A stretch of 32,000 nucleotides of DNA from positions 1,290,001 to 1,322,000 of the forward strand of contig NC_007181.1 of NCBI RefSeq assembly GCF_000012285.1, given 5' to 3'. The position numbers and the translations under genes were made by a program. Source of the DNA: Sulfolobus acidocaldarius DSM 639. Lineage in GTDB: Archaea > Thermoproteota > Thermoprotei_A > Sulfolobales > Sulfolobaceae. Position 1 is the first letter of the stretch. Each line of letters begins with the position of its first letter. This document shows positions 1-10,760 of the stretch, piece after piece. The notes beneath the pieces were generated by a model that worked only from the letters and a program-made list of their open reading frames with translations, was not told where the DNA came from and ran no database searches.

Positions 1-857
1 TGCATTTCCTTTATTTCCTTCAGTAACCTCTCGTCATCGATCTTTCCTAACCCATCTACTCTAAAACTATCATGAATTTCTCTAGCCGGATGATCCTGGG
101 CTTGAAATAATAGATCAAAGTTATAGAGTTCCATTTCTATATAGCCTGCGTTTACTTCAGTAAAACCTAACTCTTTCATAACATCTTTTAACTTCTCTAT
201 GAAATCTCTGAAGAAGTGTTTCTTTGCCAGAGGAAAATACGGTGGAAGAGCTTCTACGTTGTATTCTCTTATCTTATACTTTTTCCAGTCTTTACTTCTC
301 AGCAATTCTGAGGTAAGTTGGGTAATATAATTCTGCTCCTCAAACTCTTCCTTGAGTAATGTTATTTCGAGTTTGGACTCTTCTTTTCTCGTTATTAACT
401 TTCTGGATAACAATTCTTGCAAGACTTTTTCATCTGCAGACTCTGGTTTCAGTAGAGCCTCTTTCTCAGTTGAAAATGTGTAGTTTGAAGTATTCGGTAT
501 AACTCTGTTCTGGTCTATTTTTACAAGATTTTTCTTCCTCGCCCAAGAAATTGCGATCTCTAAATCTTTTCCCATCTTATTTTTCAGATCTTCAATCAGA
601 GACGGTTGCCCGTTTAATTCTTTTAATAGAATTTCTTCAGGAAAACCTTCCTTAAGCCTCTTCTTACCCTCTTCTGTAAGCTCAAACCTTATAATTTTCC
701 TCTCTCCTATTTTAACATAACCCTTTTCCTCAAGTAGCTTAGCTAAACTAAAAATTGAGGAAAGTGGTAAACCTAATTCTTTGCTGATTTCCTCTGCATT
801 TGCTTTTTTCTTAAGCTTTAGGTAAGAAAGTATTTTTATTTCATTCTCACTTAGCAT
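1..857 (-). CDS. pheS: Phenylalanyl-tRNA synthetase alpha subunit, N-terminal ~285 codons (3' end runs off the window)
   Basis: Absent from the ORF track because there is no stop in the window. Reverse translation from the ATG (complement of 855-857) gives MLSENEIKILSYLKLKKK... (wHTH-like N-terminus) and later ...ELYNFDLLFQAQDHPAREIHDSFRVDGLGKIDDERLLKEIKEM. The FQxQDHPAR block is typical of class II PheRS alpha. Confidence 0.85.
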   Translation of the reverse strand, partial: MLSENEIKILSYLKLKKKANAEEISKELGLPLSSIFSLAKLLEEKGYVKIGERKIIRFELTEEGKKRLKEGFPEEILLKELNGQPSLIEDLKNKMGKDLEIAISWARKKNLVKIDQNRVIPNTSNYTFSTEKEALLKPESADEKVLQELLSRKLITRKEESKLEITLLKEEFEEQNYITQLTSELLRSKDWKKYKIREYNVEALPPYFPLAKKHFFRDFIEKLKDVMKELGFTEVNAGYIEMELYNFDLLFQAQDHPAREIHDSFRVDGLGKIDDERLLKEIKEM

Positions 858-858
858 C

Positions 859-1542
859 TTATAACTCCACACTCTGACCTGGCTTCAACACTAATGCCCT
901 ATAGCCTCTTTTACTAACTTCCTTAACGAAGTCATCAGGGTTAACTTTGATTAAGTCCCATGTATTGAAATGTATTGGTATAGCGTATTTCTTAGGCTTA
1001 ATCATATCTACCGCAAGTGAAGCCTGATACGGATCCATAGTGAATCTTCCACCAATAGGAAGTAATGCATAGTCGGGCTTGAAAACTTCTCCTATAAGCT
1101 TCATGTCCTCAAATAACCCAGTATCTCCTGCATGATAAACCGTTATATTCTCTCCGCTTATAATAGCTCCTGAAGGATCACTATGTTCACTAGAGTGAAC
1201 AGCTTTAGTTAAAGCTAGTTTTAGTCCATCAAAATCTATAAACCCACCAACATTAGCTGGTATGAATCTACTCATATCGATTTTGTATTCGTTTGATAAA
1301 TATACTTCAAGATCGAATGTGGCAAATAATGAGGCTTTAGGATTCATTTTAAGTAGTTCTACTGCATCTCCTAAGTGGTCGTAATGGTCGTGTGTCACCA
1401 CAATTAAATCTACGTTGTTATTAAAAGAATCAAGTTTTACTGGACTTAATGGATTGTCTTTTATCATGGGATCGATCAAAACGCGTTTTTTATTTATCAA
1501 AAGTTCAACTGCTGCATGTCCTAACCATCTTAGTTGTGGCAT
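859..1542 (-). CDS. Metallo-beta-lactamase-fold hydrolase (UPF0173-like)
   Basis: 227-aa ORF with the HxHxDH motif ([11 protein letters not shown]) and later His/Asp ligand positions ([22 protein letters not shown]). Confidence 0.8.
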   Translation of the reverse strand: MPQLRWLGHAAVELLINKKRVLIDPMIKDNPLSPVKLDSFNNNVDLIVVTHDHYDHLGDAVELLKMNPKASLFATFDLEVYLSNEYKIDMSRFIPANVGGFIDFDGLKLALTKAVHSSEHSDPSGAIISGENITVYHAGDTGLFEDMKLIGEVFKPDYALLPIGGRFTMDPYQASLAVDMIKPKKYAIPIHFNTWDLIKVNPDDFVKEVSKRGYRALVLKPGQSVEL

Positions 1543-1594
1543 AAGAAATTATTAGAAGAACAAAAATTAAAGTTTCGTTTTCTTAAGTCTACTC

Positions 1595-2494
1595 ATGGAA
1601 ATTGATGAAATAGAGCTTCTTAGAAGAGCAGGTAAAATAGCCTCAAAGGCTAGAGACTTTGGCGCAAAAATGATTAAGCCCGGTGTTAAGGTTATTGATG
1701 TTTGTGACACTGTAGAGAAGATAATTGAGGAGGAAGGAGCAAAACCTGCATTCCCTTGTAACCTTTCAATTAACGTTGAGGCTGCCCATTATAGTCCCAT
1801 CATAAATGATACTAAAATTATTCCAGAGAATGCTGTGGTTAAGCTTGATATAGGAGCTCATATAAACGGTTACATCACAGATACTGCTGTTACAGTATCA
1901 TTGGACCCTAAATACGATAAATTAGTTGAAGCCTCTAGAGAGGCTCTACAAGCTGCAATAAGAACCATAAGGAATGGTGTAGATATCGGAGAAATTGGTA
2001 GACATATTGAAAGAACCATTAAAAGTTATGGCTTCAAGCCTATACGAAATTTAGGAGGACATTTAATCAGACGATATGAATTGCACGCAGGTATCTTCAT
2101 TCCGAACGTTTATGGTAGGGGTTTAGGAAAAATTATGGAAGGTAGTACATATGCTATCGAACCTTTCGCAACTGATGGAGAAGGGTATGTGATTGAAGGC
2201 AAAGAAGTAACTATTTATTCTATAAAGAATTTGAACACTAAAAGTCTTACTGAAGACGAGAAGAAATTCTTAACATCAATATATGAAAAGGTGAATATGG
2301 TTCCTTTCAGTGAAAGATGGTTATCTAACATGGATGGCAATCCTGATAAAGTTAGGGAAATGCTGAAAATTTTGACCAGGAAAGGCGCCCTTAGGTCATA
2401 TCCTGTCCTCCTAGAGGCTAAAAAGGGTATTGTAGCTCAATTTGAGCACACAGTATTAGTGTTGAAAGATAGAGTGGAAGTAATTACCGAATAA
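1595..2494 (+). CDS. map: Methionine aminopeptidase, type 2 (archaeal, M24 family)
   Basis: 299-aa ORF. Pita-bread fold motifs are present: [52 protein letters not shown]. Confidence 0.9.
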   Translation: MEIDEIELLRRAGKIASKARDFGAKMIKPGVKVIDVCDTVEKIIEEEGAKPAFPCNLSINVEAAHYSPIINDTKIIPENAVVKLDIGAHINGYITDTAVTVSLDPKYDKLVEASREALQAAIRTIRNGVDIGEIGRHIERTIKSYGFKPIRNLGGHLIRRYELHAGIFIPNVYGRGLGKIMEGSTYAIEPFATDGEGYVIEGKEVTIYSIKNLNTKSLTEDEKKFLTSIYEKVNMVPFSERWLSNMDGNPDKVREMLKILTRKGALRSYPVLLEAKKGIVAQFEHTVLVLKDRVEVITE

Positions 2495-2539
2495 AAGTTA
2501 ATTAAGAACCCAATAGATATAATAGCAAGTGGAAATCAG

Positions 2540-3676
2540 ATGTATGCTATAGTTTTGGCTCAACAATCTTCATCCACATCTGAATTTGGGAGTGCATACT
2601 ATTTTATCACCTATATACTGTTCTTTGCGGTTATAATACTGACTGCCTTACCAGGAGTACAGATTAGACTTCAAATGTATTGGGCTTCTATGGACATTGA
2701 AAGAGGTCTAACTAGGGTAAAGAGAGTCTTAGATAGTACCGTATCTAAGACTAAACAAATTCTTGAGAAGAATGGAGCCTCAAACTCTGATGAGATTACT
2801 AGAAAATTTTCAGACATGTTTACAATAGACCCTGTTAATGTAGAACCTACTGACATCATAAGCAGGATGAGATTACTTTTGAGAAGTACTGAGGATAAAA
2901 TTAAACAAGTGATTAACGTTTCTATACCTACTATAGATCCTATGAACAGAAGTAAAATACAGGTTTCAGCAGAAATTGTTAACACAGTCAATATAATTTA
3001 CAAAGTAATAAGGCATTATCTTCTGTTAGGAAGGAAGCTACAAAACTATTACCTATTACTTCAGCTACAAATGATTGTTCCTATGTTGGTTAGGATGGCT
3101 GAGACCTATGAGAAGGCTCTTGATGTCTTCCTTCAAGGCGTTCCTGTGGGAGACTCCCTTGGACCACTAGTTGCTTCAAGATTTCTTATGAATGTATCAG
3201 AGAAATGGTCTCCGAGCAGAGAAATGATTGCCGGTACTACCGTTTATGAAGGGAGAAGACTAGTGATATTGAAAGCAGAAGGACCAATGGCAACTGTAGG
3301 AACACCAGGTGAAGCCGTAGAGAATGTTATAGGCAAATTAAATGGTAGTGTATCAAGAATAATAACTGTTGATGCTGCAGCTAAGCTAGAAGGAGAAGAG
3401 ACAGGTGAGATAGCAGAAGGTACTGGAGTAGCTATGGGAGACCCAGGTCCTGAAAAGATAGCTATAGAAAGAGTCGCTGTTAAGTATAATATACCAATAG
3501 ACGCAGTCATAGTAAAAATGAGCATGGAAGAGGCAATAACTGCAATGCCTCAGAAAGTTTATGAAGCAGCAGATAAAGTGGTGGAAATGATCAAGAGAAT
3601 GATAATGGAAAGAACTAAACCAGGAGACACGATAATACTTGTAGGAGTAGGAAATACAGTAGGTGTAGCACAATGA
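2540..3676 (+). CDS. Conserved archaeal membrane-associated protein of unknown function (DUF1512-like; family name from memory)
   Basis: 378-aa ORF with an N-terminal hydrophobic helix (YYFITYILFFAVIILTAL). Its stop overlaps the start of the next ORF (ATGA at 3673-3676). Confidence 0.6.
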   Translation: MYAIVLAQQSSSTSEFGSAYYFITYILFFAVIILTALPGVQIRLQMYWASMDIERGLTRVKRVLDSTVSKTKQILEKNGASNSDEITRKFSDMFTIDPVNVEPTDIISRMRLLLRSTEDKIKQVINVSIPTIDPMNRSKIQVSAEIVNTVNIIYKVIRHYLLLGRKLQNYYLLLQLQMIVPMLVRMAETYEKALDVFLQGVPVGDSLGPLVASRFLMNVSEKWSPSREMIAGTTVYEGRRLVILKAEGPMATVGTPGEAVENVIGKLNGSVSRIITVDAAAKLEGEETGEIAEGTGVAMGDPGPEKIAIERVAVKYNIPIDAVIVKMSMEEAITAMPQKVYEAADKVVEMIKRMIMERTKPGDTIILVGVGNTVGVAQ

Positions 3677-3873
3677 GTCAGCAAGTACAACCCCCTCAAA
3701 TTATAACTATCTTAAAATGTCTCAAGTGTAATTATTCCACAGAGAGACAATTCAGAGAAGGAGATTTTGTTACCAAAGTTGAGGGAGCTTGTCCTACAGA
3801 TGGAGCTCCTTTATACATTTGGGGGATATATGCCAAAAACGTAGAGCAAAAAAACACTAATCAGAAGTATTAA
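3673..3873 (+). CDS. Small Cys-containing protein (CxxC...C, possible partial zinc ribbon), translationally coupled to the upstream gene
   Basis: 66-aa ORF containing KCLKCNYS...GACPTDG. There is a 4-nt start/stop overlap with 2540-3676. Confidence 0.5.
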   Translation: MSQQVQPPQIITILKCLKCNYSTERQFREGDFVTKVEGACPTDGAPLYIWGIYAKNVEQKNTNQKY

Positions 3874-3882
3874 ATAAGATAC

Positions 3883-3890
3883 TTTTTTAA
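3883..3890 (+). promoter_or_regulatory. Candidate TATA box (TTTTTTAA) of the 5S rRNA gene
   Basis: A/T octamer centred ~27 bp upstream of the predicted 5S 5' end at 3914. This is the usual archaeal box A spacing. Confidence 0.5.
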
Positions 3891-3913
3891 GCAACTGTAT
3901 CCTATATTATGTT

Positions 3914-4036
3914 GCCCACCCGGTCATAGTGAGCGGGTAACACCCGGACTCGTTTCGAACCCGGAAGTTAAGCCGCTCACGTCAGAGGGGCCGTGGGATC
4001 CGAGAGGGCCCGCAGCCTCTCTGAGCTGGGATGGGC
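3914..4036 (+). rRNA. 5S ribosomal RNA, stand-alone gene
   Basis: GCCCACCCGGTCATAGTGAGCGGGTAACACCCGGACTCGTTTCGAACCCGGAAGTTAAGCCGCTCACG...GCTGGGATGGGC matches the Sulfolobus 5S rRNA consensus I remember. The termini pair (GCCCACCC / GGGATGGGC). It is a G+C-rich island within AT-rich spacer. Ends are +/- 2 nt. Confidence 0.93.
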
Positions 4037-4080
4037 GTTCTATTTAATTTATAATCCATTATTAAGATAAAGTATTTCAA

Positions 4081-5283
4081 ATGAAAAAAGTATTCGATGA
4101 AATTCACGGTTACATCGAACTTAACGATATGGAAACGAAGATAATGGACTCACCTGTCTTTCAGCGACTCAGAAGAATAAGACAAACTAGTTTAGCCTTT
4201 TTAGTCTATCCTGGCGCAATGCATACTAGATTTAGCCATTCTTTAGGTACATTCCACCTTGCTACTAGAGTAGGTAATAGGCTTATAAATGAAGGTCATA
4301 TAAACCATGATGAAGCTCTACTTCTTAGACTTGCCTCCCTTCTTCATGATATAGGACAATTTCCATTTAGCCATTCTCTTGAGCCTATATACATATCTAG
4401 AGATAAGGTGAGTAGTTCCGTTATTAGAGACTTTATAATTTATTCGGACAAGGAGATTGAGGAAGCATTAGGGGAATATTCTATTGATAAAAAACAGATA
4501 GTAGATATATATAATACTTCATCTATGTTAGGCTGTATAATAGATAGTGATGTAGACATAGATAGAATGGATTACTTACTCAGGGATTCTAGGCATACAG
4601 GAGTTCAGCTGGGTAATTTAGATTTAGAGAGATTAATTGACACAGTATCTTACAACGAGAATAAAATTGTTAATATCATAGAAAAAGGTCTAAATACATT
4701 GGAGAATTTTTATATTTCCAGACTTCACATGTACCAGGCAGTATATTATCATAAAACAATTTTAGGTTATGAATTATATATGCGTGAACTCTACAGACAA
4801 GTAATGGAGTACTGTTGCCCAGAAGTCTTAACATGGAGTTTTCTTAAAGAGAGTATACAAACTGATTCATTTCCGTATTGGGACGACGAATGGGTCTACT
4901 CCAAGTTGCATTCAGTATTGTCGGACGAAAACGCACCAGATCAATTGAAATTTAGGATAAAGAATTTTCTCGATAGAAAAGGTCCTAAAATGGTTTATGA
5001 AAATGTTTCCTTTAATGACTTTCAACGTTCGAGTATGGAGATGAGCGAGATTGTAAGTAAACTTCAAAAGTATGGTATACCAGAGGACTCCGTGTATCCC
5101 TTTGAAGAAATTATAAGAATAATAGATAAGAGTAAGCTCAAGGTAAATTCTAAGAAAGGACAGGTAAAGAATATAGCCGAATTACAAAACACACTTTTAA
5201 ATAGTATACCAAATTCAATAACCATAAGACGTATATACGTAGACTATACTTATGCTAAGAGAGCGAGGGAATTAATTCCTTGA
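4081..5283 (+). CDS. HD-domain phosphohydrolase (dGTPase/SAMHD1-like dNTP triphosphohydrolase family)
   Basis: 400-aa ORF with RFSHSLG, LLHDIGQFPFSH and DIDRMDYLLRDS motifs. Confidence 0.8.
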   Translation: MKKVFDEIHGYIELNDMETKIMDSPVFQRLRRIRQTSLAFLVYPGAMHTRFSHSLGTFHLATRVGNRLINEGHINHDEALLLRLASLLHDIGQFPFSHSLEPIYISRDKVSSSVIRDFIIYSDKEIEEALGEYSIDKKQIVDIYNTSSMLGCIIDSDVDIDRMDYLLRDSRHTGVQLGNLDLERLIDTVSYNENKIVNIIEKGLNTLENFYISRLHMYQAVYYHKTILGYELYMRELYRQVMEYCCPEVLTWSFLKESIQTDSFPYWDDEWVYSKLHSVLSDENAPDQLKFRIKNFLDRKGPKMVYENVSFNDFQRSSMEMSEIVSKLQKYGIPEDSVYPFEEIIRIIDKSKLKVNSKKGQVKNIAELQNTLLNSIPNSITIRRIYVDYTYAKRARELIP

Positions 5284-5963
5284 TAAGGTTAATTTTAACA
5301 GATGTAGATGGAACTCTGACCTTTGATAGGGATACATACAATATAGATCTTGATGCCGTAGACCTACTGAGGAAAGTTGAAAAGAAAGGCATTAAAGTTG
5401 GTCTTGTTAGTGGTAATTCTTATCCTGTCTTAAGGGCACTGTACACGTATTTTGGATTTAATGGTGGAATTGTTGCGGAAAATGGCTGTATAGTTTATTA
5501 TGATAATCAATTGAAAGAAGTTTGTGAGAGAGTTGAAAGGAGTTTAATATCCGAATTTGAAAATAGGTTCGGGGTTAAGGGAAGCTGGCAAAATCAATTC
5601 AAAGTATGCGATTTCAGCTTTTATCCGCCTATACTTAAAGACGAAATGGTAAAATGGGCACTAGATAAAGGTTTATACATAAAGACCAGTGGATATGCGG
5701 TACACATTTCGAAATCAAAACGTGGTAAGGCTGAGGGAGTTAGGGAATTAATTAAAATGCATGGTCTAGATAAGGCTGAAGTGGTAGGGATAGGGGATTC
5801 TAGCACTGATATAGAATTTCTTGAAGAGGTAGGTATTAGGGTTGTTGTGGGAAATGCAGATGAGAGCCTCAAAAGTATAGGGGATTTTGTAATGCGTGAA
5901 AAGAGTGGAAAAGCTGTAGTAGAATTTATTAAAAAAGTTATTACAGGTGAAATTAATGAGTGA
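5280..5963 (+). CDS. HAD-superfamily phosphatase, archaeal phosphoglycolate phosphatase-like
   Basis: 227-aa ORF with HAD motif [10 protein letters not shown] and C-terminal GDSSTD. The apparent TTG start overlaps the upstream TGA (TTGA at 5280-5283). Confidence 0.75.
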   Translation: MIRLILTDVDGTLTFDRDTYNIDLDAVDLLRKVEKKGIKVGLVSGNSYPVLRALYTYFGFNGGIVAENGCIVYYDNQLKEVCERVERSLISEFENRFGVKGSWQNQFKVCDFSFYPPILKDEMVKWALDKGLYIKTSGYAVHISKSKRGKAEGVRELIKMHGLDKAEVVGIGDSSTDIEFLEEVGIRVVVGNADESLKSIGDFVMREKSGKAVVEFIKKVITGEINE

Positions 5964-7659
5964 TGACATAAGAAATCTCGTTTACAAATACGCTCTCCAT
6001 AATGCGTATACACATAATGGAAAAGCTAACGTAAATGCTGTTGTAAGTAAGATATTTGCAGAGAGACCAGAGTTAAGGAGTAAGGCAAAGGATATAGTGG
6101 AAATTGCTAAAGAGCTGGTAAACTATGTTAATTCATTAGATGTAGAGAGTCAGAAAAAGGAGTTAGAGTCAAAGTTCCCTGAAATGCTTGAAGAAAAGAA
6201 GAGAGAAAAAGAGTCTAAGAAAGAACTTCCTGATATACCTGTATCTGGAGTGCTTGTGACTCGTTTTGCTCCTAATCCTGACGGTCCTCTTCACCTTGGA
6301 AACGCTAGAGCAGCTATAATATCTCATGAATACGCTAGAATATATAATGGTAAATTTATACTTCGATTTGATGACACTGATCCAAAAACGAAGAAACCTA
6401 TTCCTGAAGCTTATGATTGGATAAAAGAGGACCTGAAATGGCTAGGTATAAAGTGGGACTTAGAAGTAAGAGCTTCAGCAAGATTAGAGACCTATTATAA
6501 CTTTGCTAGGATACTGTTAAGTAAAGGGTACGCATATATTGATTTATGTAAGGAAGCTGAGTTTAAGGAGAGAAGGAGTAAGAGGGAGGCATGTCCTCAT
6601 AGGGAGACTTCACCTGAGAGTAACTTAGAACTGTTTGAGAAAATGATTCATGGTGAATTTGAAGAAGGCAAAGCTGTTGTTAGACTCAAAACAGATCTAA
6701 AACTCCCAGATCCTTCTCAGAGAGATTGGGTACTTTTAAGGGTTATAAATGTTAAGAAAAGTCCACATCCTATTGAAGGAGATAAGTATTGGGTATGGCC
6801 CACATACAACTTTGCCAGCGCTATTGATGATTACGATTTAGGTGTGACACATATTTTCAGAGGAAAGGAGCACGCTGTTAATGCAGAAAAACAGAAATGG
6901 ATCTATAACTATATGGGCTGGAAATATCCTTACGTTAGGGAATTTGGTAGACTAAAGCTTGAAGGATTTATGATGAGTAAATCAAAGATAAGGACTGTCG
7001 TCGAAAAAGGTGTTGGAATAGACGACCCTAGGTTACCAACATTGGCTGGGTTGAGAAGAAGAGGCATTCTTTCAGATACCATAAAAGAGATCATAATTAC
7101 AGTTGGTTTAAAGGAGACTGATGCGACAATCAGTTTTGATAATCTAGCTTCCACAAATAGGAAGAAATTAGATAAAATAGCAAAGAGACTGATGTTTGTA
7201 GGATCTCCAAAGGAGTTTATCATAGACATCCCACAGCCTATATTGGCTAAAATTCCATATCATCCATCCAATCCTAATGAATACAGGGAGATTAGTGTAA
7301 ATCCCGGAGACATTATCCTGATAAACGAGAATGACGCTAAGGATAAGGTGTTGAGACTAATGGAATTGTGTAATGTTACGGTAAATGGGGACAAGCTGGT
7401 TTATAATAGTAAAGGCATAGAAGATGCCAAGAAACTAGGTATGAAGATAATACAATGGGTAAAGAAGGATGAAAGTGTTCCGGTTGTAGTATTGAGTCCA
7501 GATCCAGAGAAAGGTATTGAAACCATAAATGGAGTAGGAGAAAGCGAAATTCGAAATTTGAATAAAGGGGAGATAGTTCAGTTCATTAGATATGGCTTTG
7601 TAAAGGTCGATGAGAAAAGTGCTGATGGGCAAGTAACAGTCATATTCTCACATGAATAA
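5956..7659 (+). CDS. gltX: Glutamyl-tRNA synthetase (archaeal/eukaryal type)
   Basis: Class I motifs [15 protein letters not shown] and MMSKSK are present, plus a typical archaeal GluRS core (FRGKEH, WPTYNFA). The track start is GTG at 5947. The ATG at 5956 is preferred and overlaps the upstream stop by 8 nt. Confidence 0.9.
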   Translation: MSDDIRNLVYKYALHNAYTHNGKANVNAVVSKIFAERPELRSKAKDIVEIAKELVNYVNSLDVESQKKELESKFPEMLEEKKREKESKKELPDIPVSGVLVTRFAPNPDGPLHLGNARAAIISHEYARIYNGKFILRFDDTDPKTKKPIPEAYDWIKEDLKWLGIKWDLEVRASARLETYYNFARILLSKGYAYIDLCKEAEFKERRSKREACPHRETSPESNLELFEKMIHGEFEEGKAVVRLKTDLKLPDPSQRDWVLLRVINVKKSPHPIEGDKYWVWPTYNFASAIDDYDLGVTHIFRGKEHAVNAEKQKWIYNYMGWKYPYVREFGRLKLEGFMMSKSKIRTVVEKGVGIDDPRLPTLAGLRRRGILSDTIKEIIITVGLKETDATISFDNLASTNRKKLDKIAKRLMFVGSPKEFIIDIPQPILAKIPYHPSNPNEYREISVNPGDIILINENDAKDKVLRLMELCNVTVNGDKLVYNSKGIEDAKKLGMKIIQWVKKDESVPVVVLSPDPEKGIETINGVGESEIRNLNKGEIVQFIRYGFVKVDEKSADGQVTVIFSHE

Positions 7660-7710
7660 CTTTTTAATGGATAGAGACAATCTATTTTCGCGTGACGAAA
7701 AAGAAGGAGG

Positions 7711-8100
7711 ATGAACGCTGTGTCTAAACCCTCGTATGTAAAATTTGAAGTTCCACAAGAATTAGCAGATAAAGTATTAGAAGCAGTAAAGAAAGCAAAA
7801 GATTCAGGAAAGATAAAGAAAGGTACAAATGAAACTACAAAAGCTGTTGAAAGGAGCCAAGCCAAATTAGTGGTAATAGCTGAAGATGTTCAACCTGAAG
7901 AAATTGTAGCTCATTTACCATTATTGTGTGAAGAAAAGAAAATACCATATGTTTATGTACCTTCAAAGAAATCTCTAGGAGAAGCCTGTGGATTACAAGT
8001 TGCAGCAGCTTCTGTAGCGTTAATGGATCCTGGTGAAGCTAAAGACCTGGTGGATGAGATAGTTAAAAGAGTTAATGAAATAAAAGGTAAAAGTAGTTGA
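7711..8100 (+). CDS. rpl7ae: Ribosomal protein L7Ae (kink-turn binding; also an sRNP/RNase P component)
   Basis: 129-aa ORF with [56 protein letters not shown], the canonical L7Ae/L30e core. Confidence 0.92.
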   Translation: MNAVSKPSYVKFEVPQELADKVLEAVKKAKDSGKIKKGTNETTKAVERSQAKLVVIAEDVQPEEIVAHLPLLCEEKKIPYVYVPSKKSLGEACGLQVAAASVALMDPGEAKDLVDEIVKRVNEIKGKSS

Positions 8101-8698
8101 AAATTTTTGTTATAACTAATATTTTTAATCCTTAGTCGTCGTCTCATATAACACATAACTAATATTTTGAAAGGGTTTGAAGATAGGTCATAAAACAATA
8201 GTATATTATCCAATCAATTATTTTTTAGTCTCTATAAAGTAGACCTTCTCTATTCTTAGGAATTTGGAAAAATCGTATATTAGTGTTCATCACTTAGTTT
8301 AATCAAGACTATATATTTCCTCTTCAAGGAGCATTCTACGTACATTAATTTTCAATAATATATATTAATTTTTTAGAAATTTTGGTCTACAATGTGTCAT
8401 TAAAAATAGTCCTAAGCTAAATATAAAAACTCACTTAAATAAATAGTTGAATATAATCTCATGTCCTGCGACTTATATATATAGATGCTATAAGGTCTGT
8501 AGTAACAAGGTCTTAGGGTTTGCAATATACTTGTAGATCATGTTAATTCTGTTGTTTGTATACAATACTGATCTTAATTGAAATCAGTTTTATTTAATAT
8601 TGTAATCCGTATTATATATGTTATAACAGCCTTATCGTATCTTTCTTTTTTCGAATTTACTATAAGATTTATATAGGATAAAACTAAATAATTTTATC

Positions 8699-10150
8699 GT
8701 GTTCACCATGAGAAAAATACGTGCTAAAATACCATATAGGTTGGACAGATTACCATGGTCAAGGTGGCACATTCTAGTGGTTATCGCATTAGGTATAACA
8801 TGGGTTTTAGATGGCTTAGAGGTAACAATAGTTGGGGTTATAAGTAGTGTTTTAACTAGACCTCAGACATTAAATTTGACTGAATTTCAAGCAAGCTTTC
8901 TAGGAACTGCTTATATACTTGGTGCAGTTATCGGAGCCATTGTTTTCTCCTATCTGACCGATAAATATGGAAGAAAAAAACTATTTATGGTAATGTTAGG
9001 GATATATGTAGCAGGAACAGTACTTTCTGCACTTTCTTGGAACTTTCTAAGTATAGCTCTTTTTAGAACTATCACAGGTCTAGGAATAGGCGGAGAATAT
9101 TCAGCAATCAATTCAGCAATCGATGAATTAATTCCTGCGAGAGTAAGAGGTTGGGTAGATCTTGCAATTAATGGAAGCTGGTGGATAGGTACGATGGTCG
9201 GCTCTGCCCTATCTCTATATCTACTTAATCCGCATGAGTTTCCCATAGATCTAGGATGGAGATTATCGTTCGCAGTAGGTGCTATTTTAGGAGTATCAAT
9301 TATGCTAATTAGGAGGTATGTTCCAGAGAGTCCTAGATGGTTACTAGTTCATGGAAAAGTTGAAGAAGCAGAGGAAGTGGTAAAGCAAATAGAAATGAAA
9401 GTTCAGAATAGTAAGGAACTGAGTGAGCCTAAAAAATCGATATCTATAACACCAATAGGTAATGTAGGTTTCCGCTTAGTTTTCAAAACTGTATTTGGTA
9501 GGTATAAGAAAAGGGCTATATTGGGTTTATGGCTAATGGCAGGGCAGGCATTCCTTTACAATGCAATATTTTTCACTTACTCATTGATACTTTCAAAATT
9601 CTATAATGTTCCCTCAGACGAAATAGGATTATATATTTTTCCATTTGCGATAGGAAACTTTACCGGTCCACTAATCTTAGGAAGACTTTTTGACTCTTTG
9701 GGAAGGAGGAAAATGATTTCTTTAACATATATAATATCAGGATCTCTTCTAGCTTTCACTGGCTATTTGTTTTATCTTGGTATCCTTAATGCCTTCACAC
9801 AGACTTTTGCATGGGTTATAATATTCTTTTTTGCATCAGCCGGAGCAAGCTCAGCATATTTAACAGTAAGTGAAGTTTTTCCGTTAGAAATAAGGGCAAT
9901 GGCCATTGCAGTCTTCTATGCTATCGGAACAGGTTTAAGTTCTTATGCCCCTTCATTCTTCGGATATTTGTTAGGGTCTAAGCAACCATCAGACTTATTT
10001 ATAGGATACCTTATAGGTGCTCTATTGATGATCTTTCCAGGAATCTTAACAATATTTCTTGGAGTAGATGCAGAGAGAAAAAGTTTAGAAGAAGTAGCCA
10101 AACCATTGAGCGAGATTATTGAAAGTGACGAGAAGGCGGATAGTAAATAA
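8699..10150 (+). CDS. MFS transporter, sugar-porter/metabolite:H+ symporter-like
   Basis: About 12 hydrophobic segments, a GRKKLF loop motif and PESPRWL after TM6. The start is ambiguous. GTG at 8699 lies ~27 bp from the TATA-like TTTATATA at 8668-8675, and the first ATG is at 8708. Confidence 0.8.
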   Translation: MFTMRKIRAKIPYRLDRLPWSRWHILVVIALGITWVLDGLEVTIVGVISSVLTRPQTLNLTEFQASFLGTAYILGAVIGAIVFSYLTDKYGRKKLFMVMLGIYVAGTVLSALSWNFLSIALFRTITGLGIGGEYSAINSAIDELIPARVRGWVDLAINGSWWIGTMVGSALSLYLLNPHEFPIDLGWRLSFAVGAILGVSIMLIRRYVPESPRWLLVHGKVEEAEEVVKQIEMKVQNSKELSEPKKSISITPIGNVGFRLVFKTVFGRYKKRAILGLWLMAGQAFLYNAIFFTYSLILSKFYNVPSDEIGLYIFPFAIGNFTGPLILGRLFDSLGRRKMISLTYIISGSLLAFTGYLFYLGILNAFTQTFAWVIIFFFASAGASSAYLTVSEVFPLEIRAMAIAVFYAIGTGLSSYAPSFFGYLLGSKQPSDLFIGYLIGALLMIFPGILTIFLGVDAERKSLEEVAKPLSEIIESDEKADSK

Positions 10151-10306
10151 ATGGGCCTAATTAATTTTTTAAATGTTTTTCATTACACACTACAAGATTT
10201 CATCTCATATGTTTTTATCATGAATACTATTAAAAGATAAGATTCATCTCAAATATAATCGCCCTAAGCCAAGTTTAACTCAAAGAACATGCGTTAAATC
10301 AAAACC

Positions 10307-10314
10307 TATATAAA
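10307..10314 (+). promoter_or_regulatory. Candidate TATA box (TATATAAA) of the tRNA-Arg gene
   Basis: Lies ~29-36 bp upstream of the mature tRNA 5' end at 10343. Confidence 0.45.
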
Positions 10315-10333
10315 TCTTGTAGTAAAGGATATG

Positions 10334-10600
<267 letters not shown>

Positions 10601-10619
10601 TTTCACGCTCCGTATTATG

Positions 10620-10651
10620 GTTACCAATTTGCGTTTATAAGTATTGGTAAC
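10620..10651. promoter_or_regulatory. Perfect 9-bp inverted repeat GTTACCAAT-N14-ATTGGTAAC bracketing the probable int TATA box
   Basis: Arms are at 10620-10628 and 10643-10651. The spacer TTGCGTTTATAAGT reads ACTTATAAACGCAA on the int (minus) strand, and its TTATAAA lies ~37 bp upstream of the int ATG at 10600. Confidence 0.5.
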
Positions 10652-10726
10652 GCGTAAAAAGTTACGAGATTTCGCGTAGAGTTGAAAGTAGGTGGTAAAA
10701 TTTCCTCAAAAGTGCAAAAAATACAA

Positions 10727-10743
10727 TTAACTCCCCAGTTAAC
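10727..10743. repeat. Element motif copy 1: TTAACTCCCCAGTTAAC
   Basis: The 14-nt core ACTCCCCAGTTAAC is identical at 10730-10743, 13530-13543 and 15235-15248, all in the same orientation. The 17-nt form is identical between copies 1 and 3. Copy 1 lies 18 nt 3' of the rep stop codon. Confidence 0.85.
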
Positions 10744-10760
10744 GAGTGAAATAAAATGTA

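Noticed and set aside
2671-3673. Minus-strand ORFs 2671-2991, 3244-3525 and 3386-3673 inside the DUF1512-like gene
   Set aside because: They lie entirely antisense to a longer, better-supported ORF. Their composition is low-complexity (Ser/Ile/Leu/Phe/Tyr-rich), typical of shadow frames in AT-rich coding DNA. No motifs were found.
3914-4036. 5S rRNA as evidence of a nearby rRNA operon or a truncated operon
   Set aside because: Stand-alone 5S genes unlinked to 16S-23S are the normal arrangement in Sulfolobales. The flanking genes are intact housekeeping genes.
4081-5283. SAMHD1-like HD dNTPase as an antiviral defence gene or island
   Set aside because: It is embedded in a tight housekeeping operon (overlapping the phosphatase and gltX), has host-like composition, and has no neighbouring defence or mobile genes. 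Nothing in the sequence argues for an accessory defence role.
5621-8213. Antisense or overlapping ORFs 5621-6013, 5766-5969, 6930-7229, 7435-7632, 7578-7865 and 7953-8213
   Set aside because: These are shadow ORFs opposite the phosphatase, gltX and rpl7ae genes. They have no start context or motifs, and the sense genes have unmistakable family signatures.
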